Notes: generated by a model not told the origin, from the letters alone. Numbered from the stretch's first letter, positions 45,648-54,421 are shown. The stretch: DNA of 60,556 nucleotides from Candidatus Moranbacteria bacterium RIFOXYB1_FULL_43_19 (GCA_001784875.1 MFSH01000006.1:1-60556), one strand, 5' to 3'. A program made the numbers and translations.

Positions 45648-45754
45648 CCCGGTAGTAGTCCGCCCCCAAATTATTTGGCGGGAAAAATAATTAGCCGAAA
45701 AAACTGAAACTTAGCCCGAAAAATGACCTGATTTTTTGGCGGATCACTACCGGG
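45648..45754. mobile_element. 107-bp MITE-like element inserted at the thpR start codon
   Basis: Termini CCCGGTAGTAGTCCGCC / GGCGGATCACTACCGGG (15/17), flanked on both sides by CAT (minus-strand ATG). Confidence 0.8.
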
Positions 45755-45763
45755 CATGAGTAA

Positions 45764-45792
45764 ATTATAGCATTTTTTCAATTATATTTCAA
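45764..45792 (-). promoter_or_regulatory. Sigma70 promoter upstream of thpR
   Basis: Minus strand TTGAAA-17 nt-TATAAT with extended TG; predicted start about 45757. Confidence 0.7.
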
Positions 45793-45803
45793 CCCAAAAA
45801 AGC

Positions 45804-48110
45804 CTATTGATCTATGCTCAGCTGGTAGACCACAATCGTATCCGATTTTTTGTCGGAACGGATTTCTGTTCCATCCGCCGCAAAAACACCAAAGGTAATG
45901 TCATTTTCTCCCGGCTGGATATCGCTTAGGTCCACTGAAATCGCCTGCTTTTGATTGATACTGGTGATATATTTGTTATAAACTTCGTTTCCGTTGAGAA
46001 ACACTTTTGCTCTGAGAGGTTTTGCCACTTTCAAATTGAAATTCATCTCGCCGCTTTGCACAGCGCCGGTCATATTCACCAGCTTCACTCCCGCCCCATT
46101 TTCGGCCCAGCGATGAAGGCCATTTTTCGACTTGCTTTTTCCGACCCAGTGATTGTTTGAATAGTCCATCGCCAGAAACATATGATTGGGCTTTTCTCCG
46201 ACATCAATCTTGCAGGCATAAAGATACTCATCCTGATATTCATCCGCGCATTTTATCACATTCTGGACATATGCTTGAGCTGAATAAAACATATTCAAAT
46301 CGCCCTTGGCCGGATTGCCTTTGAGCCCCTCTTTGTCCAATATTATATAGCGAATATTGTAATAATTCAGTATTTCACTTGAAATGTCATAATATGAATC
46401 TTTCATCATGTCCCGGTCATTGCCGTTGCTCCCGCCCGGCAAATCATAAAGAATTGTTCGAATGATCGGAGTTCCCCGCTGGAAAGTATAGTGATCGTCA
46501 ATCACCCGGGCAAAGTCATATCCGTTGACGGTGTTTTTGCGATGAATGCTTTTCCAGACCAAATCGCGCGATGCAAAGTCGTAATCCGTGCTTCCAGGAA
46601 CTTCAAGGACGCTGTAGTTTTCTTTGTCCTGCCCAAGCTTTTCATAAAAAGAAGAATGCAGCAGTAAGTTTGTTTTGATCGGAACAGCAAGATACTCAAT
46701 GACAATTATTATGGAAATTGCAAAAAATATAATCTTCTGCCCGAGATTGTTCCCGAATAAATAGGCTAACTCTTTTTCCTCTTTGTTTTCATTCAGAACT
46801 TCTTCTTTTATTTTTTCGCTTTTATTTCTTTTTTTTGATATCAAGTACGCAGCTCCCCACGCCGCCAGGACAGAAAATGCCAGCATCGAATACACGAAAA
46901 GCCGCCCGACAGTGCGGATATTATTGAAAAACGGAAGGTAGTTGTAGGTCAAAAGATACGGCATCTTGACCGGCGGCTCGATTTGTCCCTTGAAGTGAAG
47001 ATACGGCCCGAGAGACAAAACATAGAAGCCGAGGGCAACTGCCAGCCAAAACCACTTTTTTGAAATTCGATCCTTGAAAAATGCGAAGATGGATAGCGCC
47101 AGCACCAGAAAACCGACGTAGACAGAAAAAGAGCTTTCAATTTTTCGCTCAAATGTGCCGCGCAGCTTGGCAAAGGCATCCGGCCAAAATGCGTGAAAGC
47201 TCGGCGGGATAAAAACGCTCAAGGTGTCATTTGAGTACTTCACGGCCGCTTTGAATCCCGGATTGAGATAATTATTTTCCGAGGAAGCAATCTTGAAAAG
47301 CGAGCGGAACATAAAAAAGAAAACCAGGGAAAGAACCAGAGCGCCAACAACAGCGTAAATCCAGAATTTTTTCCGCAGAAACACCTTTGGCTGGGTAAAA
47401 ATCTTATATACAAGAAAAAACAAGACAAAAATAAGAGAAAAAGCCAAAAGCTGGTGCTCCGTAAAGGCAATGATGGCCAGAAAAAGTCCGGCAAGAAAAA
47501 AGTATTTTACCTTGAGATTGCCTGCCCCGTTAGAAATTTCCGATGGTCCAGAGATTCGACCATTCGAAATATTTGCGTCTATATTTTTTGAACTGTTATC
47601 ATAATTTCTAACGGGGTCGAAAAATTTGAAAAGATACAGCGCGAAAAAAGGCAGCCACTCTTGATGCATTGTTCCCACGTTCGTGCTCAAAGAATTGTGA
47701 ACGTGGAACGGAGAAAAAGCAAAGATTATTCCGGCGATAAGAGAAGCCGGCTTGCTTCGGGTGAAATAAAAGGCCAAAAGATACATCCCAAAACCGGAAA
47801 GCACAAAAGACAAGAAAAAGAGAAGGTTATAGCCGGCTACGCGCCCGAAAATGATTTCAAAATAGGCATAGATCGTGACTATGTTGAATTCAGAACGCTT
47901 GGCAAGCTCAAGTGTTCCGCCAAAAAAACCATTGTCTTTGAGAACATTGACCCGTTCCCCCGCAACGCCGATAACCTGCATGGTGTCCGAGCCGAGACTT
48001 GGAACCGACGAGAAAAAATGCCAAGCAACCGGCCAAGTGAGGATGACCGTCAGCACTGCATAGAAAAGAATAACTCTAACTTTTTCGTTTTTAAAAATTT
48101 CTGTCTTCAT
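45804..48110 (-). CDS. Large multi-pass membrane protein, GT-C / YfhO-like
   Basis: LGSD, GRVAGYNLL, FAFSPFH, LSLGP, IRTVGR, C-terminal extracellular domain; 768 aa. Confidence 0.75.
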   Translation of the reverse strand: MKTEIFKNEKVRVILFYAVLTVILTWPVAWHFFSSVPSLGSDTMQVIGVAGERVNVLKDNGFFGGTLELAKRSEFNIVTIYAYFEIIFGRVAGYNLLFFLSFVLSGFGMYLLAFYFTRSKPASLIAGIIFAFSPFHVHNSLSTNVGTMHQEWLPFFALYLFKFFDPVRNYDNSSKNIDANISNGRISGPSEISNGAGNLKVKYFFLAGLFLAIIAFTEHQLLAFSLIFVLFFLVYKIFTQPKVFLRKKFWIYAVVGALVLSLVFFFMFRSLFKIASSENNYLNPGFKAAVKYSNDTLSVFIPPSFHAFWPDAFAKLRGTFERKIESSFSVYVGFLVLALSIFAFFKDRISKKWFWLAVALGFYVLSLGPYLHFKGQIEPPVKMPYLLTYNYLPFFNNIRTVGRLFVYSMLAFSVLAAWGAAYLISKKRNKSEKIKEEVLNENKEEKELAYLFGNNLGQKIIFFAISIIIVIEYLAVPIKTNLLLHSSFYEKLGQDKENYSVLEVPGSTDYDFASRDLVWKSIHRKNTVNGYDFARVIDDHYTFQRGTPIIRTILYDLPGGSNGNDRDMMKDSYYDISSEILNYYNIRYIILDKEGLKGNPAKGDLNMFYSAQAYVQNVIKCADEYQDEYLYACKIDVGEKPNHMFLAMDYSNNHWVGKSKSKNGLHRWAENGAGVKLVNMTGAVQSGEMNFNLKVAKPLRAKVFLNGNEVYNKYITSINQKQAISVDLSDIQPGENDITFGVFAADGTEIRSDKKSDTIVVYQLSIDQ
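47525..47616. mobile_element. 92-bp inverted-repeat element inserted in frame
   Basis: CCCCGTTAGAAATT / AATTTCTAACGGGG, perfect 14-bp termini; encodes PVRNYDNSS...SEISNG between TM segments. Confidence 0.85.
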
Positions 48111-48111
48111 G

Positions 48112-48173
48112 TTCTAATTTCTAATAAAATGACCAATATCTAATGCCGAAAAATTAGTAATTGGAAATTGGAA
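48112..48173. repeat. Head-to-head heptamer arrays
   Basis: TTCTAAT x2, GACCAAT, ATCTAAT ... ATTAGTA ATTGGAA ATTGGAA. Confidence 0.7.
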
Positions 48174-48176
48174 ATT

Positions 48177-48905
48177 TTATTTATATTTACCCTTCCAATA
48201 ATTCACCCTGATTTTCACAAGATCAAGGATCATATTAATCGGATCGCGAACCAGCCTTACGTGACTCTCGGGAGGATTTTGGAGCGATATTGGGAGTTCC
48301 CTGATTTTGTATTTCAATTTATTGGCAATGAATATGACTTCTGCGTCAAAAGCAAACCTCTCCACCGTCACTCGGGAGAAAATATCCATAGCTGCTTTTC
48401 TTCGGAATACTTTGAAGCCGCATTGAGTGTCCCTCACGTTCCAGTCATTGATTATAGTCATACGAAGAATTTGGAAAACCTTTTCCATAATCCGCCGATA
48501 CCAAACAACCGGCCGCACTATGCGAAGCCCTGGCACAAATCTCGAGGCGATAACAATATCGTACCCATTATCAAACTCAAGAACAAATTTTGGCAGTTCC
48601 TCAATCGGGATGCCAAGATCCGCGTCCAAAAACATCACCAGTTCGCAGGAGCTTTCTAAAATTCCCTGCTTCACAACCTTGCCTTTTCCCTGATTTGTTT
48701 TGTTGTCAATGATGCGAAGATGCAGATTCTCTTGAATTTTTTTCAGTTCTTTTGACGTTCCGTCAAAACTTCCGTCGTTCACGACAATTATTTCAAAAAC
48801 TCCAAACCGGTCTTTGAGAAAATTGTGTATCTTTGTTAGGTTTCTTTGGATAGTCTGCTCTTCGTTATACGCAGGAATAATGACTGATATTGCCTTGTTT
48901 TTCAT
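48177..48905 (-). CDS. GT2 polyprenyl-phosphate glycosyltransferase (Dol-P-Glc synthase-like)
   Basis: SVIIPAYNEE, VNDGS.D, NQGKG, FLDAD, DTQCGFK, RFAFDAE; start at MKNK (48905). Confidence 0.9.
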   Translation of the reverse strand: MKNKAISVIIPAYNEEQTIQRNLTKIHNFLKDRFGVFEIIVVNDGSFDGTSKELKKIQENLHLRIIDNKTNQGKGKVVKQGILESSCELVMFLDADLGIPIEELPKFVLEFDNGYDIVIASRFVPGLRIVRPVVWYRRIMEKVFQILRMTIINDWNVRDTQCGFKVFRRKAAMDIFSRVTVERFAFDAEVIFIANKLKYKIRELPISLQNPPESHVRLVRDPINMILDLVKIRVNYWKGKYK

Positions 48906-48966
48906 AAAAAAATAAGCCCGCAGTCTTTTCAAAACCATTATGCTATATTTTACAACAAATGGGCAT

Positions 48967-50709
48967 TTATTTCCACAAATCTTTCCAAAATATACGGTTT
49001 GATTTCTCGTTTTCCTCTCCTGCGCTTTTATAGGTCGGCAAGAGCTGGCCGGCAAAATTTTCTTTCAGAGCCAATTTGTATACTCCTACAGCGCCGATTT
49101 TGTTTTGCTCGCCAGCCTCAAATTCCGCCTGTATTTTTTTATCAATCGGCAATTTTTTCGTCCGTGTCAGCCCCATTGCGAAAACGCATTTTTCCTCGTC
49201 TCCTGTTTTCAGGCTGCTTATGGAAATAGCTTTTATTCCTTTTTGCTCCAACAAATATTTCACGGGCCTTTTATACTCGGCAGGCGCATTGTAATACACT
49301 TCCTTTTCTGAACAGTTTTTCTCCATATATTCTGTGGCTTTTTCAAGGTGCCAAAGAACAATTCCGTCTTTAGCTTTGAGAATTATTGTCCGCCGGGGAT
49401 AAGTCCCTTTTTTCTGGGCTGCTTCGATTTCCTTAAACCAGGCAAATGTCCCAACCAAGTTTCCGAAGAATATGACCAGAAGGACAGCCGCGACACAAAC
49501 CTTCCAAAATGCGTGCCTCTTTCGCCAGAATAATGTCGCGATATACCCTGCAAATATGAACGGCAGCCCTAAAAGAGGAAGAAAAAATCTCGGCCGGATC
49601 TGATAGGCCACAGGAATATACGTGAGAAAATAAACCAAAAACCAGAGGAGCGAAACCAGGATAAAGTTTTTTTTCACCAAGTTTTTTTCCTGACGGAAAG
49701 ATCGAAGACCGACGTAAAGCGCCGGTAAAATTGCGCCCAACCAGGCTAGAGCCGCGCTGCTTATCCCGCTTTTACGGCTTATCCAACTGGTCAGAATAAG
49801 CAACCAATTCTGCCCCCAATACCGCACATCCCGATTCACATTTTTCCAAAAACTGTGCGCTGATGGCTTTTCTTTGAGCGCCAGCATGAATTGACGGGTA
49901 TTTTCTCCTTTGGAGGCAATTTCATTCAAAATCACCGGGATATACACCAAAAGGACAATCGCCAAAAACAAAAGGATATATTTCCAGTTGAGCGCTTTTC
50001 TTGCATATTTCCAGTTGAAAATAATGAATAATACTGTAATCACAGGCAGCGTAAGAAAAGAAAGAAAATGAAGCTGGGTCGAAACGGCGAAAGAAAATCC
50101 GGCCAGAACCACCCAGCGAAGCCGGTATTTTATTCCCTCGCCCCGCACTGTTTTCCCTTTTTCAACAGGGTGCGGTATTTCTTTGTCCTGCTTATTTTTT
50201 GCTAAAGAAGTGGCGCAGGGTAAATCGAATACATTGAGAAGCGAAAAGAAAAAAAGAAGATTGAAGAAGACGAGACCGTTTGGATTCCAGGCAAAGCGGG
50301 AATATTGGACTCCCAAAAAGCAAACGGCGTAGAGGCTCGCCAGGATCATCGACCAGTCACGCGAAAAGTATTTCTTGGAAAACACATAGAAAAGCGGGAT
50401 GGACAGAATTCCGAACAGAAGATCCGGAAATGCCAGGACCGCCGGATGGGCGCTTTGAAAAAGAACGGCCGCAGCATATTGGAAATAGTAGAAGGCCGGC
50501 CCAAGATTGAGATCTGTTCCGCCAGCTTTTGGTCCAAGGAGCGGCAGCCAGCCGGGGCCCAGTTCAAGGGCTTGCCGAATGGTAGATGCGTCCCGCGCCT
50601 GGTCCATCTTGAAAAAAAGCCAATCGGAAAAATTTGATACGCGAAGAAAAACCGCGAGGGCAATAATGGCAAAAAATAAGATTATTTTCCAGTTTGGTTT
50701 GGATTTCAT
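48967..50709 (-). CDS. GT39/ArnT/PMT-like membrane glycosyltransferase
   Basis: LRVSNF...KMDQARD, LLGPKAG...LGPAFYYF, YSRFAWNPN, QLHF, PRFF. Confidence 0.8.
   Translation of the reverse strand: MKSKPNWKIILFFAIIALAVFLRVSNFSDWLFFKMDQARDASTIRQALELGPGWLPLLGPKAGGTDLNLGPAFYYFQYAAAVLFQSAHPAVLAFPDLLFGILSIPLFYVFSKKYFSRDWSMILASLYAVCFLGVQYSRFAWNPNGLVFFNLLFFFSLLNVFDLPCATSLAKNKQDKEIPHPVEKGKTVRGEGIKYRLRWVVLAGFSFAVSTQLHFLSFLTLPVITVLFIIFNWKYARKALNWKYILLFLAIVLLVYIPVILNEIASKGENTRQFMLALKEKPSAHSFWKNVNRDVRYWGQNWLLILTSWISRKSGISSAALAWLGAILPALYVGLRSFRQEKNLVKKNFILVSLLWFLVYFLTYIPVAYQIRPRFFLPLLGLPFIFAGYIATLFWRKRHAFWKVCVAAVLLVIFFGNLVGTFAWFKEIEAAQKKGTYPRRTIILKAKDGIVLWHLEKATEYMEKNCSEKEVYYNAPAEYKRPVKYLLEQKGIKAISISSLKTGDEEKCVFAMGLTRTKKLPIDKKIQAEFEAGEQNKIGAVGVYKLALKENFAGQLLPTYKSAGEENEKSNRIFWKDLWK
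50141..50221. repeat. Degenerate inverted-repeat element in frame in the GT39 gene
   Basis: CCCCGCAC...TGGCGCAGGGT with an internal CCGCAC-TGTT / AACA-GG-GTGCGG hairpin; hydrophilic insert of about 27 aa. Confidence 0.45.
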
Positions 50710-50779
50710 GAAACCATTCTTTGAATTAAAAAGTTTTTATGAAAGGGGAAGCTTGCTATGGCCTCCCCCTCCAGACTGT

Positions 50780-50980
50780 CTAGAGATTGTCAAATATTCT
50801 TGATTTGAACCACTCCGGGTCGGGGTTTGGAGGACCGGCGAGTGGATTGGCGTAATAGAATCCATCTCGATGATTCATACGATCGAATCTTTTCCGGAAT
50901 TCCCTTTTTTCTCTCCGCAGGCGCTTAATCATTTTTCTCATGCGCCAAAAAAGCAAGAAACGACTTCTCCAGTTCCGCAT
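50780..50980 (-). CDS. Small, very basic hypothetical protein (66 aa)
   Basis: SD GAGGAGG 5 nt before ATG; Arg/Lys-rich N-terminal half, Pro-rich C-terminal half. Confidence 0.7.
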   Translation of the reverse strand: MRNWRSRFLLFWRMRKMIKRLRREKREFRKRFDRMNHRDGFYYANPLAGPPNPDPEWFKSRIFDNL

Positions 50981-50991
50981 ATGTCCCTCCT

Positions 50992-51984
50992 CTATTTGCC
51001 ACGTTTGGCAATTTTAAAAATAAAAATTCTTTTTTTTATTAATCCAAATAAATTCCAAATAACGCTCCCCCATGCTTTGAGAATCACAAGCGCTACTTTG
51101 CCCTTGCTGTATCCTTTTACAAATTCAGTTTCCCGCTTCTTGTTTTTGAATATGTTCAAGACTAACTGCAGATAGCTCAAAAATCGCCAAAAAAATGCTT
51201 CTATCATTTCTCCGAAGGAGAAATTCTTGATAACCATGAAAAAATAATTCCGATGCAGATAATAGGCTTTCAAAAGCGATGCCTTTCCCGCCGTTCCGCT
51301 ATGGACATGGTATGCCAACGCTTGCGGACAAAAATAGGATTTGAATCCGGCTTTTTTCATCCGCCAGGCCAAATCCACGTCCTCATAAAAAGCAAAATGG
51401 TCTTCGTCAAAATAATTATTCCCGGGAAAAGCCGTCTTTTCCAGCGCTTGCCGGGTAAACAGCGAAGCTGTCCCGTTTGCGCCAAAAATTTCTTTTTCGT
51501 CGCTGTATTTTTTTTCATCTTTTCCGTATCCCCTGTTGTGCGCCGTCCCGTCACGTGAAATATATATTCCCGCGCAGTCGATTTTATTTTTTTCAAAAAA
51601 ATTCAGAACCTTCGGCTGGATCGATCCGGCCTCGGGACGATTTTCGGCGCAACTCTGCAACTCCTTGACGTATTTTTCATCCAGCTTCGTGTCGTTGTTG
51701 AGAACAATGACATAATTGATATTTTTGTCTTCGAGAGCTTTTTTTATTCCTGTGTTGTATCCAAAGCAAAAGCCAGTATTCGCTCTCAACTGAACAATCT
51801 CCAAACTTGGAAGTTCGGCTTCCAAGTAGTTAGCTTTTATAAAATCAACCGAATCGTCTTCCGAACCATTGTCCACAAAAATCACTTTGAAATTTTTTTC
51901 TGTCTGCGCTTCGAGCGAATCAAAACAATCTTTGAGATACTTTTTTCCGTTCCAGTTGACAATGATAACTGCAATTTTATACAT
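50992..51984 (-). CDS. Glycosyltransferase family 2
   Basis: IIVNWNG, VDNGSED, NTGFCFGYN, LNNDT, GANGTASL, FAFYEDVDLAWR. Confidence 0.92.
   Translation of the reverse strand: MYKIAVIIVNWNGKKYLKDCFDSLEAQTEKNFKVIFVDNGSEDDSVDFIKANYLEAELPSLEIVQLRANTGFCFGYNTGIKKALEDKNINYVIVLNNDTKLDEKYVKELQSCAENRPEAGSIQPKVLNFFEKNKIDCAGIYISRDGTAHNRGYGKDEKKYSDEKEIFGANGTASLFTRQALEKTAFPGNNYFDEDHFAFYEDVDLAWRMKKAGFKSYFCPQALAYHVHSGTAGKASLLKAYYLHRNYFFMVIKNFSFGEMIEAFFWRFLSYLQLVLNIFKNKKRETEFVKGYSKGKVALVILKAWGSVIWNLFGLIKKRIFIFKIAKRGK
51805..51827. repeat. Palindromic element inside the GT2 CDS
   Basis: ACTTGGAAG-TTCGG-CTTCCAAGT, identical to 10875-10897; both encode LEAELPS. Confidence 0.85.
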
Positions 51985-52022
51985 AATGCATTTCGAAAAA
52001 CTAAAATAGCAGCTTGTGTCAG

Positions 52023-52062
52023 CCTGCCTGCCCGACTCGCTTTGCGATTCGAAGCGGGAGGG
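52023..52062. repeat. Intergenic GC-rich palindromic element
   Basis: CCTG-CCTGCCCG ... TCGC-TTT-GCGA ... CGGGAGG. Confidence 0.5.
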
Positions 52063-52094
52063 TTTAAAAAATTCTATTTTTCGCTTTTCTTTTT

Positions 52095-53270
52095 TTACAG
52101 TTTCGACCGCAAATAATCATAATACTCTTTACCGTGGCTGTTTTTTGTGGTATATTCCCGCATTGACTTCTCCCGCGCTTCTTTCCCCATATTCCGCCGA
52201 AGCTCCTCGTTGTTTATCAATTTTTCAATTTTTTCAAACCACTCATCTTCGCTTCCCGCCAAAAATCCGTCCGCTCCGTCGTCAATTGCTTCGCGATAGG
52301 TCCCATTATCAACCGCCACCGAAGGCACACTTAAAATCCCCGCCTCAAAAAATTTGAGTTCCGATTTCCCTTCACGGAATGGATCTCCTTTCAAAAGCGG
52401 AATGATATTGATGTCTACGTTTGAAATATTTCTGAAGTGCTCTTCTCTTGGGGAAAAGGGCAGTTTTTCCACTTGATTTGAAAAATTATTGAATCTATTG
52501 CTTATATTCAGCGGTCCGGCGAGAACCAGGCTTACTTTCGGATATTTTCCAAGAATCCGGACGAGCGCGGTTTCAATTGATGCAAAATCTTCATCATGTC
52601 CCTTTGTCCCGGAAAAATAACCGATCTTTAGGCCTATAGTGTTTGACGAAGGTTCAACTTTCGTCAAAATATTTTCAACGATTTCGAGATCTTTGAGGGA
52701 TAATTTGTTTTTCGATATAAAAACTTTTTTTTCATATTTTTCCAATATTTTCCCAATATAAGTCGTTGAAGTTATACAAGTTTTCACATAAGGGTCTTTC
52801 AACATCTCTTCCCCCACTCCCTTTTCATATTGCTTGCGTTCGAAAGAGTTCATTTTTTTGAAATGCTCCGTCTCCTGGATATATTTTGGGTCAAAAACAA
52901 GATCGTCCGTTTCAAAAATTATCTCTTTTCCCATCTTTTTCGCGTTTTCTACAAGTTTTGCGATTTTTGAAGTAAAAAGCGTCCGATGAAAAATAAATAT
53001 CTTGAATTTTTCCGCATATTTCGGAAGAAACGGATTATCCTGGATAGTCACCGAACACTTGAAGCCATGGAGACGCAGCTCTTCGGCCTGATTATGGGTG
53101 CGAAACATCGCGCTGTCACCGACTCCCGTTGTCACAAACAAAATGTCCCCCGGCCGCACCCGTCCAAACTGCGCCACAAAAGATTTCGCCACTCTTTTTC
53201 CGCCTCGAACCAATCCCTCCTGCTTGAGGGCATTCCACGCTTTTCCGGTTTTTATAAGGATTGTTTTCAT
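52095..53270 (-). CDS. Glycosyltransferase (GT4-like)
   Basis: IFETDDL, IGYFSGT, GKSELKFFEAG, DGADGFLA. Confidence 0.85.
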   Translation of the reverse strand: MKTILIKTGKAWNALKQEGLVRGGKRVAKSFVAQFGRVRPGDILFVTTGVGDSAMFRTHNQAEELRLHGFKCSVTIQDNPFLPKYAEKFKIFIFHRTLFTSKIAKLVENAKKMGKEIIFETDDLVFDPKYIQETEHFKKMNSFERKQYEKGVGEEMLKDPYVKTCITSTTYIGKILEKYEKKVFISKNKLSLKDLEIVENILTKVEPSSNTIGLKIGYFSGTKGHDEDFASIETALVRILGKYPKVSLVLAGPLNISNRFNNFSNQVEKLPFSPREEHFRNISNVDINIIPLLKGDPFREGKSELKFFEAGILSVPSVAVDNGTYREAIDDGADGFLAGSEDEWFEKIEKLINNEELRRNMGKEAREKSMREYTTKNSHGKEYYDYLRSKL

Positions 53271-53272
53271 TG

Positions 53273-54421
53273 TTATTTTGTGAGCAGGCGGAAAATGGCC
53301 ATCAGTTTTTGGACTTCTTTTTTGGGGCTCACATTTTGCAAATTGTATTCAATCTTTTCCCGTCCGTTGATTTTTTTCAAGATTCCTTCGAGATTGGAAA
53401 ATGTCTTCATGAAATATCCTTTTTCTTCAAGGCGCGACCGGTTGAAATCATTGTCAAAACAGATTATCGGCAGTTTGGTCGCCATCAGATTGACCAGTTT
53501 GCCGCTTGATTCAGAGCTTGATCTCTTTGGATCAATGGCCGCGTCCCCGAGAGCCATGAAAGCCGGCAAAGAGAAATAAGCCACTTTCCCGGCAAAATGG
53601 ACGAAATTTTCAAAATTATTTTCCTTGGCATACCTCTTATATTTTTCTTCGTCGCTTCCGAATCCGCCAACCAACAGTTTCCACTCGCCATCCGGCGCCG
53701 CGAAATTGCCAAATGCTTCCAAGAGATCGCCTACTCCTTTATTGTCGCTCAAGCCGCCGATATAGACCAGCAGTTTCTTTTCTCCTTTCCATTCTTTTAT
53801 TTCTTCAATTTTTTTCTGCTCCTTCCCGGCGAGCTTCGGCGCCTCGCCGAACAGCTCTGTGTCAACGCCGTCCTTTATCACAAAAATCCTGTCTTTGTAA
53901 GGAAATATTTTTTCTATTTTCGGCAGCATATTCTCGCTGCTGAGAACCAGCCAATCGCACCGCCCGATGAATTTTTTTGAAAGCCAGACAAAAAAATGGC
54001 GGGCTGCATAATTTTTCCTGTTGTAGCTTTTGAATTCTTCTTCGAGGTCCCCCTGCAAGTCAAAAACAATGGGTACGCTGCTCCCGGCGAGAATTTTCGC
54101 AATGTAGCCAACGCCCAGCCCTTCATAAAGATGGGCATGGATAATGTCCGGTTCAAAAGTTTTTATTTGCCTTCGGCACAGGAAAATCAGCTTCAAATCC
54201 AACCAAAATTTTCCCCAAGAAAATCCCGGGGCCGTTCTTTTGTACCACTTTACTTCTTTTATTCTCTCAACATCGAGGCCGCCAATATCTTTTCCGTAGT
54301 GGTAAGCGCAGATTTTCACAACAGAGCCAAATCTTTGCAAAAACTTCGCTTCATTGTATATCCTCATGTGGCAGCCGCGATCGGAAAAAAAAGGAGTAGC
54401 CGTAATAGTCAATATTTTCAT
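53273..54421 (-). CDS. Glycosyltransferase family 4
   Basis: TPFFSDRGCHMRI, IHAHLYEG, YIGGL...KGV, ESSGKLVNLMA. Confidence 0.88.
   Translation of the reverse strand: MKILTITATPFFSDRGCHMRIYNEAKFLQRFGSVVKICAYHYGKDIGGLDVERIKEVKWYKRTAPGFSWGKFWLDLKLIFLCRRQIKTFEPDIIHAHLYEGLGVGYIAKILAGSSVPIVFDLQGDLEEEFKSYNRKNYAARHFFVWLSKKFIGRCDWLVLSSENMLPKIEKIFPYKDRIFVIKDGVDTELFGEAPKLAGKEQKKIEEIKEWKGEKKLLVYIGGLSDNKGVGDLLEAFGNFAAPDGEWKLLVGGFGSDEEKYKRYAKENNFENFVHFAGKVAYFSLPAFMALGDAAIDPKRSSSESSGKLVNLMATKLPIICFDNDFNRSRLEEKGYFMKTFSNLEGILKKINGREKIEYNLQNVSPKKEVQKLMAIFRLLTK

Noticed and set aside
10531-48173. Heptamer arrays and palindromes as CRISPR repeats
   Set aside because: There are no 23-47-bp direct repeats separated by unique, similar-length spacers.
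48906-49055. N-terminal extension of GT2 (ORF 48177..49055)
   Set aside because: It overlaps the upstream GT39 gene; the GT2 fold starts at MKNKAISVIIP.
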